Origin: Podarcis vaucheri
Taxonomy: Eukaryota
DNA length: 64,000 bases
Strand: one strand, 5' to 3'
Assembly: GCA_965113315.1 (NCBI GenBank)
Contig: OZ220366.1
This document shows, one piece after another, positions 26,354 through 37,790 of this stretch (positions are counted from its first letter, which is position 1; each line of letters opens with the position of its first letter). A program made the position numbers and the translations under genes. The notes under the pieces are model-generated. The model made no database searches. It saw nothing but the letters and a program-made list of their open reading frames with translations, and was not told the origin of the DNA.

Positions 26354-26838
26354 GTTGTTGTTTAGTTGTTTAGTCGTGTCCGACTCTTCGTGACCCCATG
26401 GACCAGAGCATGCCAGGCACTCCTGTCTTCCATTGCCTCCTGCAGTTTGGTCAAACTCATGTTTGTAGAGTCGGGAACACTGCCCAACCATCTCGTCTTC
26501 TGTCATCCCCTTCTCCTTGTGCCATCCATCTTTCCCAACATCAGGGTCTTTTCCAGGGAGTCTTCTCTTCTCATGAGGTGGCCAAAGTATTGGAGCCTCA
26601 GCTTCAGGATCTGTCCTTCCAGTGAGCACTCAGGGCTGATTTCCTTCAGAATGGATAGGTTTGATCTTCTTGCAGTCCATGGGACTTTCAAGCGTCTCCT
26701 CCAGCACCATAATTCAAAAGCATCAATTCTTTGGTGATTAGCCTTCGTTATGGTCCAGCTCTCACTTCCACACATCACTACTGGAAAAACCATAGCTTTA
26801 ACTATACCTTTGTTGGCAATGTGATGTCTCTGCTTTTT
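26354..26838 (-). mobile_element. Bov-B (RTE) LINE 3' fragment
   Basis: Peptide MVFPVVMCGSESWTITKANHQRIDAFELWCWRR..., (CAA)n tail, 11-bp TSD gcagagcatat (26343-26353, 26868-26878). Confidence 0.95.
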
Positions 26839-27439
26839 TTTTTTTTTTTTTGCTTAAAAAGTAAAAAGCAGAGCATATACCAGAGGCAATTAAGCTCCTT
26901 TTAGCAGTCATATTGATGATAAAAAACAATCTTTCACAGATCATTCACTTAAATTCTAAGGTTCAGGTGTCAGGTATGGACAGCACCTAGAAATGACTGG
27001 AATGCTAAGGTCATTGAGCAACATTTGTTAAATGTTGTAGGGATTTCCTTTTGAGTGGCACCTTGCTGTTGCAAATCAGTTGAGTGCTTTTGAATCCATT
27101 TAATGAACACAGACAGTTCGTTCCTTTTACATGTGACATTGGCATTCTGATCTTAACATTATATCCTGTCATATCTGATTGCTGTAATTTCTTAATACCG
27201 GACTAATATCATGCTTTTTGCTGTCCTTGATTTAGTTGTTAGATTCTACTATAAACACTTATGTGGTGGCTGTGCAAGCCATCAAATCAGAAAGTCAGAC
27301 TGTTAAATAAGGCAGAGGTTCTTATTATTGTATTATTGATTTGTTTCGTATTTATATATTATTCATTCATTCACAGCTCACCTTTCTTTCAAGGTGCTTA
27401 TGGGCACCACAGCTTAACAAGGATATTGGCAAGTTGGAA

Positions 27440-27856
27440 GGAGACCAAGATGATAAGGGGTCTGGAAACCAAGCTTTATGAGGAGCAGTTGAGTGAGCTG
27501 GGTATGTTTAGCCTGGAGAAGGAAAGACTGAGTGAAATGAGTCATATCCAAATATCTGAAGAGCTGTCACATGGAGGATGGAGCAAGCTTGTTTTCTGTT
27601 ATTCTAGAGGGTAGGCCCTGAACCAATGGATTCAAATACAAGAAAGGAGACTTAAACTAAACATTAAGAAGAACTTTCTGACAATAAGAGCTGTTCAATA
27701 GTGGAACAGACTACCATGGAAGGTGGTGAGCTCTCTTTCATTGGAAGTGTTAGACGGCCATCTGTCAGGGGTTCTTTAGCTGAAATTCCTGCATTGCAAG
27801 GAGATGAGCTAGATGACATTTGGTGTGCCTTCCAACTCTGCAATCCTATGATTCTG
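27440..27856 (+). mobile_element. CR1 LINE 3' fragment
   Basis: Peptide TKMIRGLETKLYEEQLSELGMFSLEKERL (CR1 ORF2 C-terminus) and the ttccaactctgcaatcctatgattct tail. Confidence 0.9.
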
Positions 27857-28098
27857 TGCTCAAGGTGGCATACTTGGTTCCCATTTTATCCTCACAACCA
27901 CCCTGCAAGGTAGGGCTGACTCAAGGTCACCCATTGGGGATTTGAACTCCCAAGTCCTTGTTCAACTATTCAACCACTGCCTATTATGCAAATATGAGGA
28001 TCAAACATTTGTTTAATCACGTCAGCTCTGCCCACATACAAAGCAGGAGAGTGGGAGACCTGGCTTTAAAATCCAAGGTGGCATAAAGGTAAGTGGGC

Positions 28099-28298
28099 NN
28101 NNNNNNNNNNNNNNNNNNNNNNNNNNNNNNNNNNNNNNNNNNNNNNNNNNNNNNNNNNNNNNNNNNNNNNNNNNNNNNNNNNNNNNNNNNNNNNNNNNNN
28201 NNNNNNNNNNNNNNNNNNNNNNNNNNNNNNNNNNNNNNNNNNNNNNNNNNNNNNNNNNNNNNNNNNNNNNNNNNNNNNNNNNNNNNNNNNNNNNNNNN
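28099..28298. other. Assembly gap (200 N)
   Basis: Run of N. Round length suggests a placeholder of unknown true size. Confidence 0.99.
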
Positions 28299-29367
28299 AT
28301 CAATTATTTCTCACTAAGCTGTATTTTAGCTGTTCTACCAACTAAGAGGCAGATATAGTGGAAGAGTCACGGTGCCCCACAGAGAGATTGTATAGTGAGG
28401 TTTCCACCTGCAGACACAGACAAACACATAAGCAACAGTATATTTCACTGCCTCTGGTTCTTTCCTATATATAAGGTGAGAACTTATCTGACATGCCCTA
28501 TAGCCTATTGGTATTATTAAGTACAGGGTCCCTCATCTCGGTGTCTCTGCTCATTTTATTTTTCCCTCACTCAAAGCAGCTCCTTTCTGCCCTGCCTGCT
28601 CTCGAGAAACCAGTCAAGCTAAGTAGAGACCTGATTGCTTTCCTTCTGTACTATTGACACTATCAACTGAAGCTGCTTTATTTAATGTGAACAAACAACC
28701 TCTTTTCTATAAGCATTTGTATGCTGAAGTAGCTCCTACTAATAGGAGTAGTCTTACTGTTTGTGCAAGGAGTACTTCAGTGAATTGTCATTATTGATCA
28801 TGATGTGGAATTTGGCCCCAAATGGATAATTAAATAGGAGGATGGAGATACTCTTCTAAACTTAGAGTTCTGTTTGTTTGCATGGCACCTCAGCAGTAAA
28901 CACCACCTCCTTTCCCATTTTAACATGACTAGAAGAAGTAGAGTCTTGTCCATGACTGCTTATGCCATAATACATTTGTTTATGTCACCATTATTCTACA
29001 GTGACATATGGCATTATGACACAATAATGAGATGAGAACGCTTTTACAATAATAAACTTATTAGCCATTCAACATGGCTGTTTTTGCTCCAACACACACT
29101 AACACAACTAACTCTCTGGAAACTGAATTAAAAGTAGAAATCACAAATTGAGATCTGTTTAGGAGACAATACCATGTACCTCTTAAGCAAGACAAAAGAA
29201 GAATGCACCAATTATCCCACTGCAATATGATGTTGTCTTTGAAGGTATAACCTTTCAAAATATACAAAACTCTGTTTCACCTGCTTAGTGGTATATAATT
29301 TGTCCTAGCTTGCCATAGTTAAAACTGCACTTTCTTTCTAGTTAGAGTCATCCATTCCTGCCCAATA

Positions 29368-29709
29368 CTTGAGAGTCCCATGGACTGCAAGAAGATCAAA
29401 CCTATCCATTCTGAAAGAAATCAGCCATTCTGAAAGAAATCAGCTCACTGGAAGGACAGATCCTGAAGCTGAGGCTCCAATACTTTGGCCACCTTATGAG
29501 AAGAGAAGACTCCCTGGAAAAGACCCTGATGTTGGGAAAGATTGAGGGCACAAGGAGAAGGGGACAACAGAGGACGAGATGGTTGGACAGTGTTCTCGAA
29601 GCTACCAACATTAGTCTTACCAAACTGCGGGAGCCAGTGGAAGATAGGAGTGCCTGGCATGCTCTGGTCCATAGGGTCACAAAGAGTCGGACACGACTAA
29701 ACAACAACA
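29368..29709 (+). mobile_element. Bov-B (RTE) LINE 3' fragment
   Basis: Peptide MRREDSLEKTLMLGKIEGTRRRGQQRTRWLDSV and (ACA)n tail. Confidence 0.95.
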
Positions 29710-31209
29710 TTTGGCCTACAGTCATCCCCAAAGTTATTGTGGGACCTCTGACTAACTGGGACTCAAGGAAAAGGATACAGTCTGTTGTTCCTTTTGTTCT
29801 ACAGAAAACATAATATGCACACAATCATATTTTATTCAGAAACCATTTAAAGTTACTAAGCAGTGTACAGAAGTAATTTAAAATCACAAGGTACTGCCCT
29901 CAGGCTTTTGATTTAAAAATTACAAATACACAAAAGGAACAAAAGGGGACAAAGTGTTGAGAAACAGTGGAAAACAAACGGAGCAATATGATTTCTGAAC
30001 CAGGGGTTGCGTCTAAGAAATTAAAGATCAACAGAAGGGGGAGGCCCAACAATAGCACAAGAGAGATGAGTTTTAAGAAGCATTTAAATGCAAGCAGTGC
30101 ATGAAACACAGGCAAAGCGTAGCCATGAAAAGGCACTCTTGATTGCAGCTCTGCATTTGTGGGATTGGTTTTTCCAACAGAGGGTCTCCCAGCAGCAACT
30201 AGAAAATACTTTTGACAGAATTTCATTTTGGAAAGGCTATGATAAAGTTGGTTTCGGGAAGTATGATAAATAGAGGCTTAAAAAAAGCATTCATCCCATC
30301 TGCTCTTTGTAATGAACATGCCGCCATGCTGCCTTGAGTTTCCAGGGTTCTGTGAGGTCAGAGAATGAATATACAAGCAAACAGTTGAGGAATATCATAC
30401 TGGAGAAAAGTGAAGAGTTTACCTCCATCTCACTTCAGATGAGAACCCTTTCAGAAAACTCTTAAAAAGAACTCAGGCCATTTTGGAGATTTCTCCTAAA
30501 GGCCATAACCACTTGGTCTCTCACAGGTTTTCTACCAGTCCCAGACTTAGCTACAGAAAATGCCTCTTCCCTGCCTTCTCAAAACTGATTGTTCAGTAAA
30601 AGGGATGCTGGTGGTTCTTTGGGCTCCTTTAGAGCAGAACATGCCAAATGCAGGAAGGTCTGAAGGGGAGATGTTGGGTGTGGGGTTTGTGTGTGCATCA
30701 TGCTCCTCCCCACATCTGTCCACTTTTGACACCTTCACGGGACTACTAGCTCCACCAGAACAAGAACGGGCTGAAATGTGCATGTAAAATAAAACCAACA
30801 CCTGGAACATAGGAGTACAGGAAGTTGCTTTAGATTGAGCCAGGCCACTGGCCCATGTCTACTGTCTATACAGACCAACAGCAGCTCTCCATAAATTAAA
30901 ATACTTTGCAATGAGCTGTTGCTCACTTGAACAGAAACCTCTTCTTTCTGAGTTTTGACCTAATGTTTAGGGTAATAAGCTGTGCTTTCAAAAAAATAAA
31001 ATAAAAATAAAAAATGCATCTCTGGTGGCTAGGGGTGTAGGGCACGAGTCATTAGGGGTGCCATATGCATAACCCAAAATAGGTCAAAACAGAGCACCAA
31101 TTCCCAACTGTTTATGGTAATTTATATGTTTATACCCACATTAAGAAATAATTACTATAACTTACATAGAAATACAATACATCTCATCATAGTGGGGAAA
31201 GACACCAGA

Positions 31210-31505
31210 GGTATATGGCAGCGATTGGCTGGACAATGATGAGTGGTGGCTAGATACTGAGGAGTGGGCACTGGGAGAAATGGGGCTGGAGACTGACTTG
31301 GAAGAAGGGATCAGTGAACTTGAGGGGGGTGTAACAGCCAGGGGACAAGTGGCAGAGGCAGGATTGAGATTGAGGAACAGGTGCAGGAGGAGGGAGAAAC
31401 AAGCCAGGCTGGTAATCTCACCTCTCCTGCTCTACTGTCTCCCGGGACCAGGTGAGAATTGAAGAAGGAGAAGCAGAAGCAGGTTACAGACGCAGTCAGG
31501 TGGGA
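31210..31505 (+). mobile_element. Probable truncated LTR-retrotransposon LTR fragment with a decayed acidic/basic reading frame
   Basis: Purine-rich block translating DWLDNDEWWLDTEEW...SPALLSPGTR*ELKKEKQK, a pattern I associate with squamate LTRs. Ends not resolved. Confidence 0.4.
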
Positions 31506-31518
31506 GATATACATAAAC

Positions 31519-31727
31519 TAGAGTTGCCATATTTGAAAAAGTGAAAATCTGGATGCAAAAGTTGTTGGCAAAGCTGTTGAGTTCCGACATGGCAAAATCT
31601 AGACTTCCAACATGGCTTGCCTTAGGTTCAGATTTTCCCAGAGATTCCAGCGATTTCCGACCAGACACTGCTTTCGACTGCCATATTCCGGCTATGTCTG
31701 GGAAATTCACAACTTATGGCAACGCTA
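31519..31727. mobile_element. hAT MITE
   Basis: TIRs tagagttgccata / tatggcaacgcta. 8-bp TSD acataaac / acattaac. Confidence 0.75.
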
Positions 31728-32988
31728 ACATTAACTGAGGTCAGGGGTGGTGCCTCTCTGTTGCTATAACTGCCTCATTGGGTGCACGCCTAGGAGTAGC
31801 TGAGATGTAGGACTGATAGATACACCTTTTCCTAACTTTTGTACCTTTGACAATAGTTATTTCCCCTCTCTTGACATTCCTTGCCTGCAAGGGTCGTGAC
31901 ATTATATTATGGTTTGGATCCCTGTTTTATACACGATACAGAGGAGCAAAAGAACACAATTCAGCATGATTCAATGAACATTAAGATTTAGGCCTTCATT
32001 AATTTTCTACTGAATTATTCTTTAGCAAGTTTCTTTTTCCTTGACAGCCATAATATTGCCACATTTATTTAGTATAATCACCCTCTCTTCATTACTTATT
32101 CCTGTTTCTATAATTTTAAGCATATTCAACACTTCCAAAATTGTGACAAGCTCTGACCTTTAAAATGTGCTCACCTCATATCATTTTCTCATTGTATGGA
32201 AATGAATAGAAAAATTATATTAAAGAATTAGAACAGATTCGTGTTCTTCAAATAAATTTGGAATTATTCTTTCTGTGGCTTGTACACACAGCATATTTTT
32301 TAAATCTATCATTCCACTCTTTTGTCTTGATACCCCAAAATAGCATTTTGTATTATAGTGCTTAAGACATAATACTAAGCCATGGTTTGGAGTCTTGTGG
32401 GCATGAAGTTGATGAGCCTCTCCCCACTCCTACCATGTCAAGAAAATTCCTGACATGTCCTGGTTTTCGGGTGTAAAAATGGCAATGGGGGAATTTTGTC
32501 TAGGAAAACCCAGATGTATGGCAACACAATGGAAAAAGCAGTTGAAACAGCTCAAAAAGGTTAATATCACTATTTTCATGGTAGCTGAACAATTTGGATT
32601 TGTTCCCAATTTTGGTGGGTTTTTATAAAAAACTTAACAATTTATGGATCTTCTGAGAAAAGGTCAGCAACTTTGTGGGTGAAATATGGCACCCCTCCTA
32701 CCATGTGTGGTGATTTCCTAACCTTCTAGTCTTGTTTGAGGCCAACTATAGTTCTGTGTTTCTCTTGAACTGGCAAATAATGATTTTCAGTTTCTCTGCA
32801 AATCAGGATCAGAAGGTGTGCTAAAAGTGTTTTCCTGCCTTTGCATCGTTATGTGGATTATTAGCAGAACTGCAGCAGAAATAAGGCATCACATATGTTC
32901 TTTTTAAAAGTTGCCCTTTTGCAGCCGTTTATGCAAAAATTAAGTATTGTAACGTAACTAATATAGTAAGGATGACACCAATGGGATA

Positions 32989-33085
32989 TCTGAAGAAGTG
33001 TGCATGCACACGAAAGCTCATACCAAGAACTAACTTACCGTAGTTGGTCTTTAAGTTGCTACTGAAAGCAATTTTTTTTATTTTG
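32989..33085 (+). mobile_element. Short Penelope-like pseudo-LTR fragment with hammerhead motif
   Basis: Near-identical to 6096-6184. Exact 12-bp flanking duplication accaatgggata (32977-32988, 33086-33097). Confidence 0.8.
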
Positions 33086-34167
33086 ACCAATGGGATAAAT
33101 AGCTTAATACCCCAATGGTGTTTCCTTGCTCAGCTTCTTTGTGGTGCAGTCGTTCCATTGATGGCCTTTATATTGCTCTGGTAGGCTTTCAGCTTCACCC
33201 TTTAACATATAATTCTGCAGGGTTTTTAGCTATAGGACTTGATATGGACTAGAAAGGTCTTAGACACATCCTAGCACGCTGTACTCTTTCAGCTTCAACG
33301 TCTCTATAAATAAAAAAAAGAACATCAGATATGGGGATGATATATGTGGGTTTATCTTTAGACAAGTTGACAATAATCCTCTCTTAGCCATCCACCTGTA
33401 TGTTTTGACTTAACACCCCCAAACCGCTGATCTTCAGCATGAACTAACTTGCGAGCTACTCTACTTAAACACACAGACAGAGAAAGCAGCCGTCATTACA
33501 AAAGAGCCTCCCGCTGGGAGGTAACTACACTCCATTGATTTGCCTGGTTTGTTTTTGCAGATTAAAAAATTGCAGTATGGTTTTAGTGCCTCTCTTACAT
33601 GGAGCCATTAAACTGCAGATGCTTGGGGCTGGTGGAGTGGGGAGGGAGAATAAAAAGGGGGGGAGGCACCATTTTAATTATATAGTGTCAAATAAAAGGG
33701 GAAAATCATTTCAAGAAATGTTCTATGTCTTTTAAATCCCTTCTATCTTCCACAGCTCGTACCTTTATCTCCCTTTATAAAATTCACGGAGGTATGTGTT
33801 CAAAGGACTGGTTTTCAGAGAAAGCTACTGAAAGAAATTGTATTTTTATTGGAGGAAAGATATAGGTTTTTATCTACTGTTTACAATAGATGCTTGGCCT
33901 GTGAGCATAAAGAGAAGGTTATGGGTAGCTTCCAAGGACTGCACAAACTAAAGGTTTTATATGTGAAGGACTTTGAAGAATCACCTTACAGCTGTGAGAA
34001 AATATTTTTTTAAAAAAAAATAGAATAAAGTCATTCTTTAAATTCTTTACAATCCAAGATATAATTTGAAATTAAAGTGAACTCCTCCAAGTTATTCCAG
34101 AAATATATCAGTGTCCATGTGGGCATTCATTTCCCAAGTCATGAATGATCCAAAAACCCATGACTGA

Positions 34168-34520
34168 TCATAAAAAGATCCCTGCTGGATCAGACCGAAG
34201 ACCAACCTAGTCCAGCATCTTGTTTTCCCATAGTGGCCAGCTAAATGCTTGCAGGATGTCTAATGCAGGAAATGAGCATAGGGACACTCTGTTTGTGTTC
34301 CTCAGCAACTAGTATTCAGAGATACACCACTGCCAATATGGGACCATGACCATCATGATTTGTAAGAACATAAGAAAAGCTGCGGGATAAGGTCAATGAC
34401 CCATCTAGTCTAGCATTCTGTTCTCACACTGGCTAACCAAATGCCTGTGGGAAGCCTACAAGCATAACTACATTCCCCACACTTGTGACTCTCAGCAACT
34501 GAGTTACTTTGGAATATCTG
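34168..34520 (-). mobile_element. Two adjacent degenerate CR1-type 3' tails
   Basis: Two copies of cataa...ctg...ggat...cc...ctagtc(c/t)agcat..tgtt, the reverse complement of the 9815-9993 family. Confidence 0.55.
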
Positions 34521-34993
34521 TTGCCCCTGGAATTTTCCAGTGCTTTGATTCAGCTGCAAAGCTATGATAGACCATCTCTATGTGCTACAAGAGATATTGC
34601 AGGGAAAGTTCTGACTCTGGGCGATGCTACCAGGCTAAACACATTTATCCTGATACCTAAACCACACTCTCCAACACCCCCTCCCCAAAAAGCCTATGGT
34701 GCTTAGTATTCAAAGCTAACAAAGTTATTTTGAAACATGAAGTAGAAGCTCCCACAAGCACCTATTCTTGGGAGTAGAAGATACAATTAAGTGAAAAGTA
34801 ATGAACAACTGCCAGATGGTCATTTCATTCTGTCTAATGCTTGGGCCGGTCCTTTCTGAGATGTCAGCAAAGCATTGTCAATTAGCCAGCATGCAGCAGA
34901 ATGTCTGTGGGATTTCCTGCTACACTGTAGACCTCTTTCAGATACAAGTTAAACAACCCCAGAAAGTATCTTGCAGTGAGGATTTAAGCATAA

Positions 34994-35197
34994 AAGGTAA
35001 AGGTACCCCTGCCCGTACGGGCCAGTCTTGCCAGACTCTAGGGTTGTGCGCCCATCTCACTCAAGAGGCCGTGGGCCAGTGCTGTCCGAAGACACTTCCG
35101 GGTCACGTGGCCAGCGTGACATCGCTGCTCTGGCGAACCAGAGCCGCACACGGAAACACCGTTTACCTTCCCGCACAGCGCCACCTGCGTCCCAGCC
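34994..35197 (-). mobile_element. Sauria SINE variant with internal deletion
   Basis: Head gggacgcaggtggcgctgtg is joined directly to cgggaaggtaaacgg. 16-bp TSD gaggatttaaRcataa. Confidence 0.85.
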
Positions 35198-37181
35198 GAG
35201 GATTTAAACATAACCATCTTTAATTCACCCTTCTGGTCTCCAGGGTATGAGAGCAGCAGAATCAAAGCGTATGTTGAGGGTTTTGTACTTGACTTTGGTG
35301 ATCTTATATACAGTGAGAAATGGCAACATTCTGCCCTAGTCATATTTTATGTTAATCTTGTCTGAAACCTGATACAACTTACAGCTGGGTCTCTCAAGCT
35401 AGAAAGACTTAGTTAAAAATCAAAATATGGTACAGCAACAAAAAGCACAGCAACATCCATATGCAAACTGAAAGAGAACCAAATATGCATTTAAGATGCT
35501 TGTGTAGTGCCCAGCACATTGCTGCTGACAGTAAGCATGTCCTTAATTGAAGAAATATACTGTGTTTATGGTGATGCAATATGAAAGCTCACTCTGTCTT
35601 TGTATCTGTGAAGGTTGGGGAAAATACCTTGCTAATACATTTACATGAGCTATATTCACATATTCCTTGCATTTGCACATATTCCTTTAGCCCTCCTTCT
35701 GATGTCATATTCCCCCTCCTCCAATAACCATGTGCTGTGTTCAGTTGTGCAAGGTGAACTCTTGCACATGAGTAGGGGCTCTATGCAGTTGGGTTACCAG
35801 ATTATTCTAGTGTTCAGACTGCATAGAGCCACTGCCTTTGAGCAGGAGCTCACACATTGGGCTTTCTGTTCTCACAGCTGCTCATGGCATGTAGTTCCTG
35901 AAAATAATTAAGTTGTGGGGATAAAAGCACAGCCCTGCTCCTAACTGCATACGTTTAAGCTCTGACAAAAGTCTACCACTCTACAGCCTACATCTCCATG
36001 CAAATCCACACTTCCTTTGCTTAGGAACTCTACAATTCTATGATTTTGTTCTATTTGTCTGGAACCCCTGGCACCCAGAGCACTGCCGTTTCACCTTTGC
36101 AGTGATTGTGGGAAAAGCAATGGCCTTAATAGGAGAGTTTTGAGTGCTGCTGCCAACTAAGTTTTGAGTTAGCAAAAGAGACAGAGATGCAAGGCTTAAA
36201 AGCCTGGGGTGATTTGGGACTCACATGCAAGTTTGGGGGACACATAATATGTGGAGAAGTGGTCAGACTCCATTCCACACTGAATGATGGTTTCTATATG
36301 AGAAACTGTGTATGGACATCTCTTATTGTTTCTGCAGAGGTGGTATTGAAACAATCAACCTAGTAGTAGTAGTAAACATCTTGATTGGGGTGGGGAACGT
36401 GTGTTGTTGTCCAGATGTTGTATTCCTACTCCCATCAGGCCTTGCCAACATGGACAATGATCAGGGGAGTAATGGGAGTGGTTGTCCAGCAACTTCTTAG
36501 AGCCACAAGTTCCTCATCTTTGAACTAGATTAAAAGAGCACAACATTTTTAAACTCCACTTCTTTTCCTATATGTAAGTGTGTACTGTTTGCAGGCAGTC
36601 CAGTCACAGATGACCATCTTTCCTGTCCAAACCTTCACCTCTGAATACACAGTATCATTACAGACGTATCTAGACAGAAGTATCTCACAGAAGATTTAGT
36701 CCAATCATCAGACAGCAGACCTCAGAGATAGGCAGTGCACAGGCAGCAAATCAAAGTCTGATTTAATAACATTTTAATTATGCAATAATTATTTATTCAT
36801 TAAATTGTTTATTCTCCTACTTCATGTGAAATCTCTCGTGCCCTCGCAAGAAAACTGCATGGTTTCTTCACAGCCTTAAAGGCTCAGATAGTATTTTAGT
36901 TCTTCCTACCACATTTAGCCAAGAGAGTGTTGGTTTAAAATTCAGCCACTAAAGTGAGCCATTTCCTTAGTGGTGTTTCTCAATGACAACAGAAGTTGTT
37001 CTGGACCAGCCATAAACTTTGCCAGTGCACCCAACAGAAGACTCAGGAGACCATGCTCTGGTGAAAGAGCTTACATTTATTCAATGTAACACCTTAAAGG
37101 ATCTGCAAACCAACACACATAAATAGTTGAATCAAAATACAGTCTGAGCAAGTAAGTTCCCTAAAATGGGAGGAATCAGGT

Positions 37182-37264
37182 ACTCCCAACTCATGCACAA
37201 CTTTAACCTATGGTCTTGGAGAACTCCCAACTCATGCACAACTTTATGCCTATGGTCTTGGAGA
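37182..37264. repeat. 41-bp tandem duplication
   Basis: actcccaactcatgcacaacttta(a/tg)cctatggtcttggaga x2. Confidence 0.9.
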
Positions 37265-37428
37265 AAACGACTGGAAGGAATACTTCCTTCCTTGCTCCAA
37301 GAACCCCAGGTATGTGGACTTGACAAGCACACAGTGGCCCCACCAGCTCAGCATTCACCCCAATTCACATGCCATGCTTAAAGGGCACCCCCAGTGACCC
37401 CCACACAAGGCAGTATAATGTGACCAAA

Positions 37429-37790
37429 AGGTAAAGGACCCCTGACAGTTAAGTCCAGTTGCAAATGACTCTGGGGTTGCAGCGCTCATCTCACCTTACT
37501 GGCTGAGGGAGCTAACGTTTGTCCACAGACAGTTTTTCTGGGTCATGTGGCCAGCATGACTAAGCCGCTTCGGGCGAAACCAGAGCAGCGCATGGAAATG
37601 GCGTTTACCTTCCCACTGGAGCGGTACCTATTTATCTACTTGCACTTTGACATGCTTTCGAGCTGCTAGGTTGGCAGGAGCTGGGACCAAACAATGGGAG
37701 CTCACCCCGTCGCAGGGATTCGAACCGCCAACCTTCCAATCGGCAAGCCCAAGGCTCAGTGGTTTAGACCACAGTGCCACCCAAGACCCG
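37429..37790 (-). mobile_element. Sauria SINE, full length
   Basis: Complete head, B box (ggttcgaatccc) and tail. 11-bp TSD atgtgaccaaa. Confidence 0.92.
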
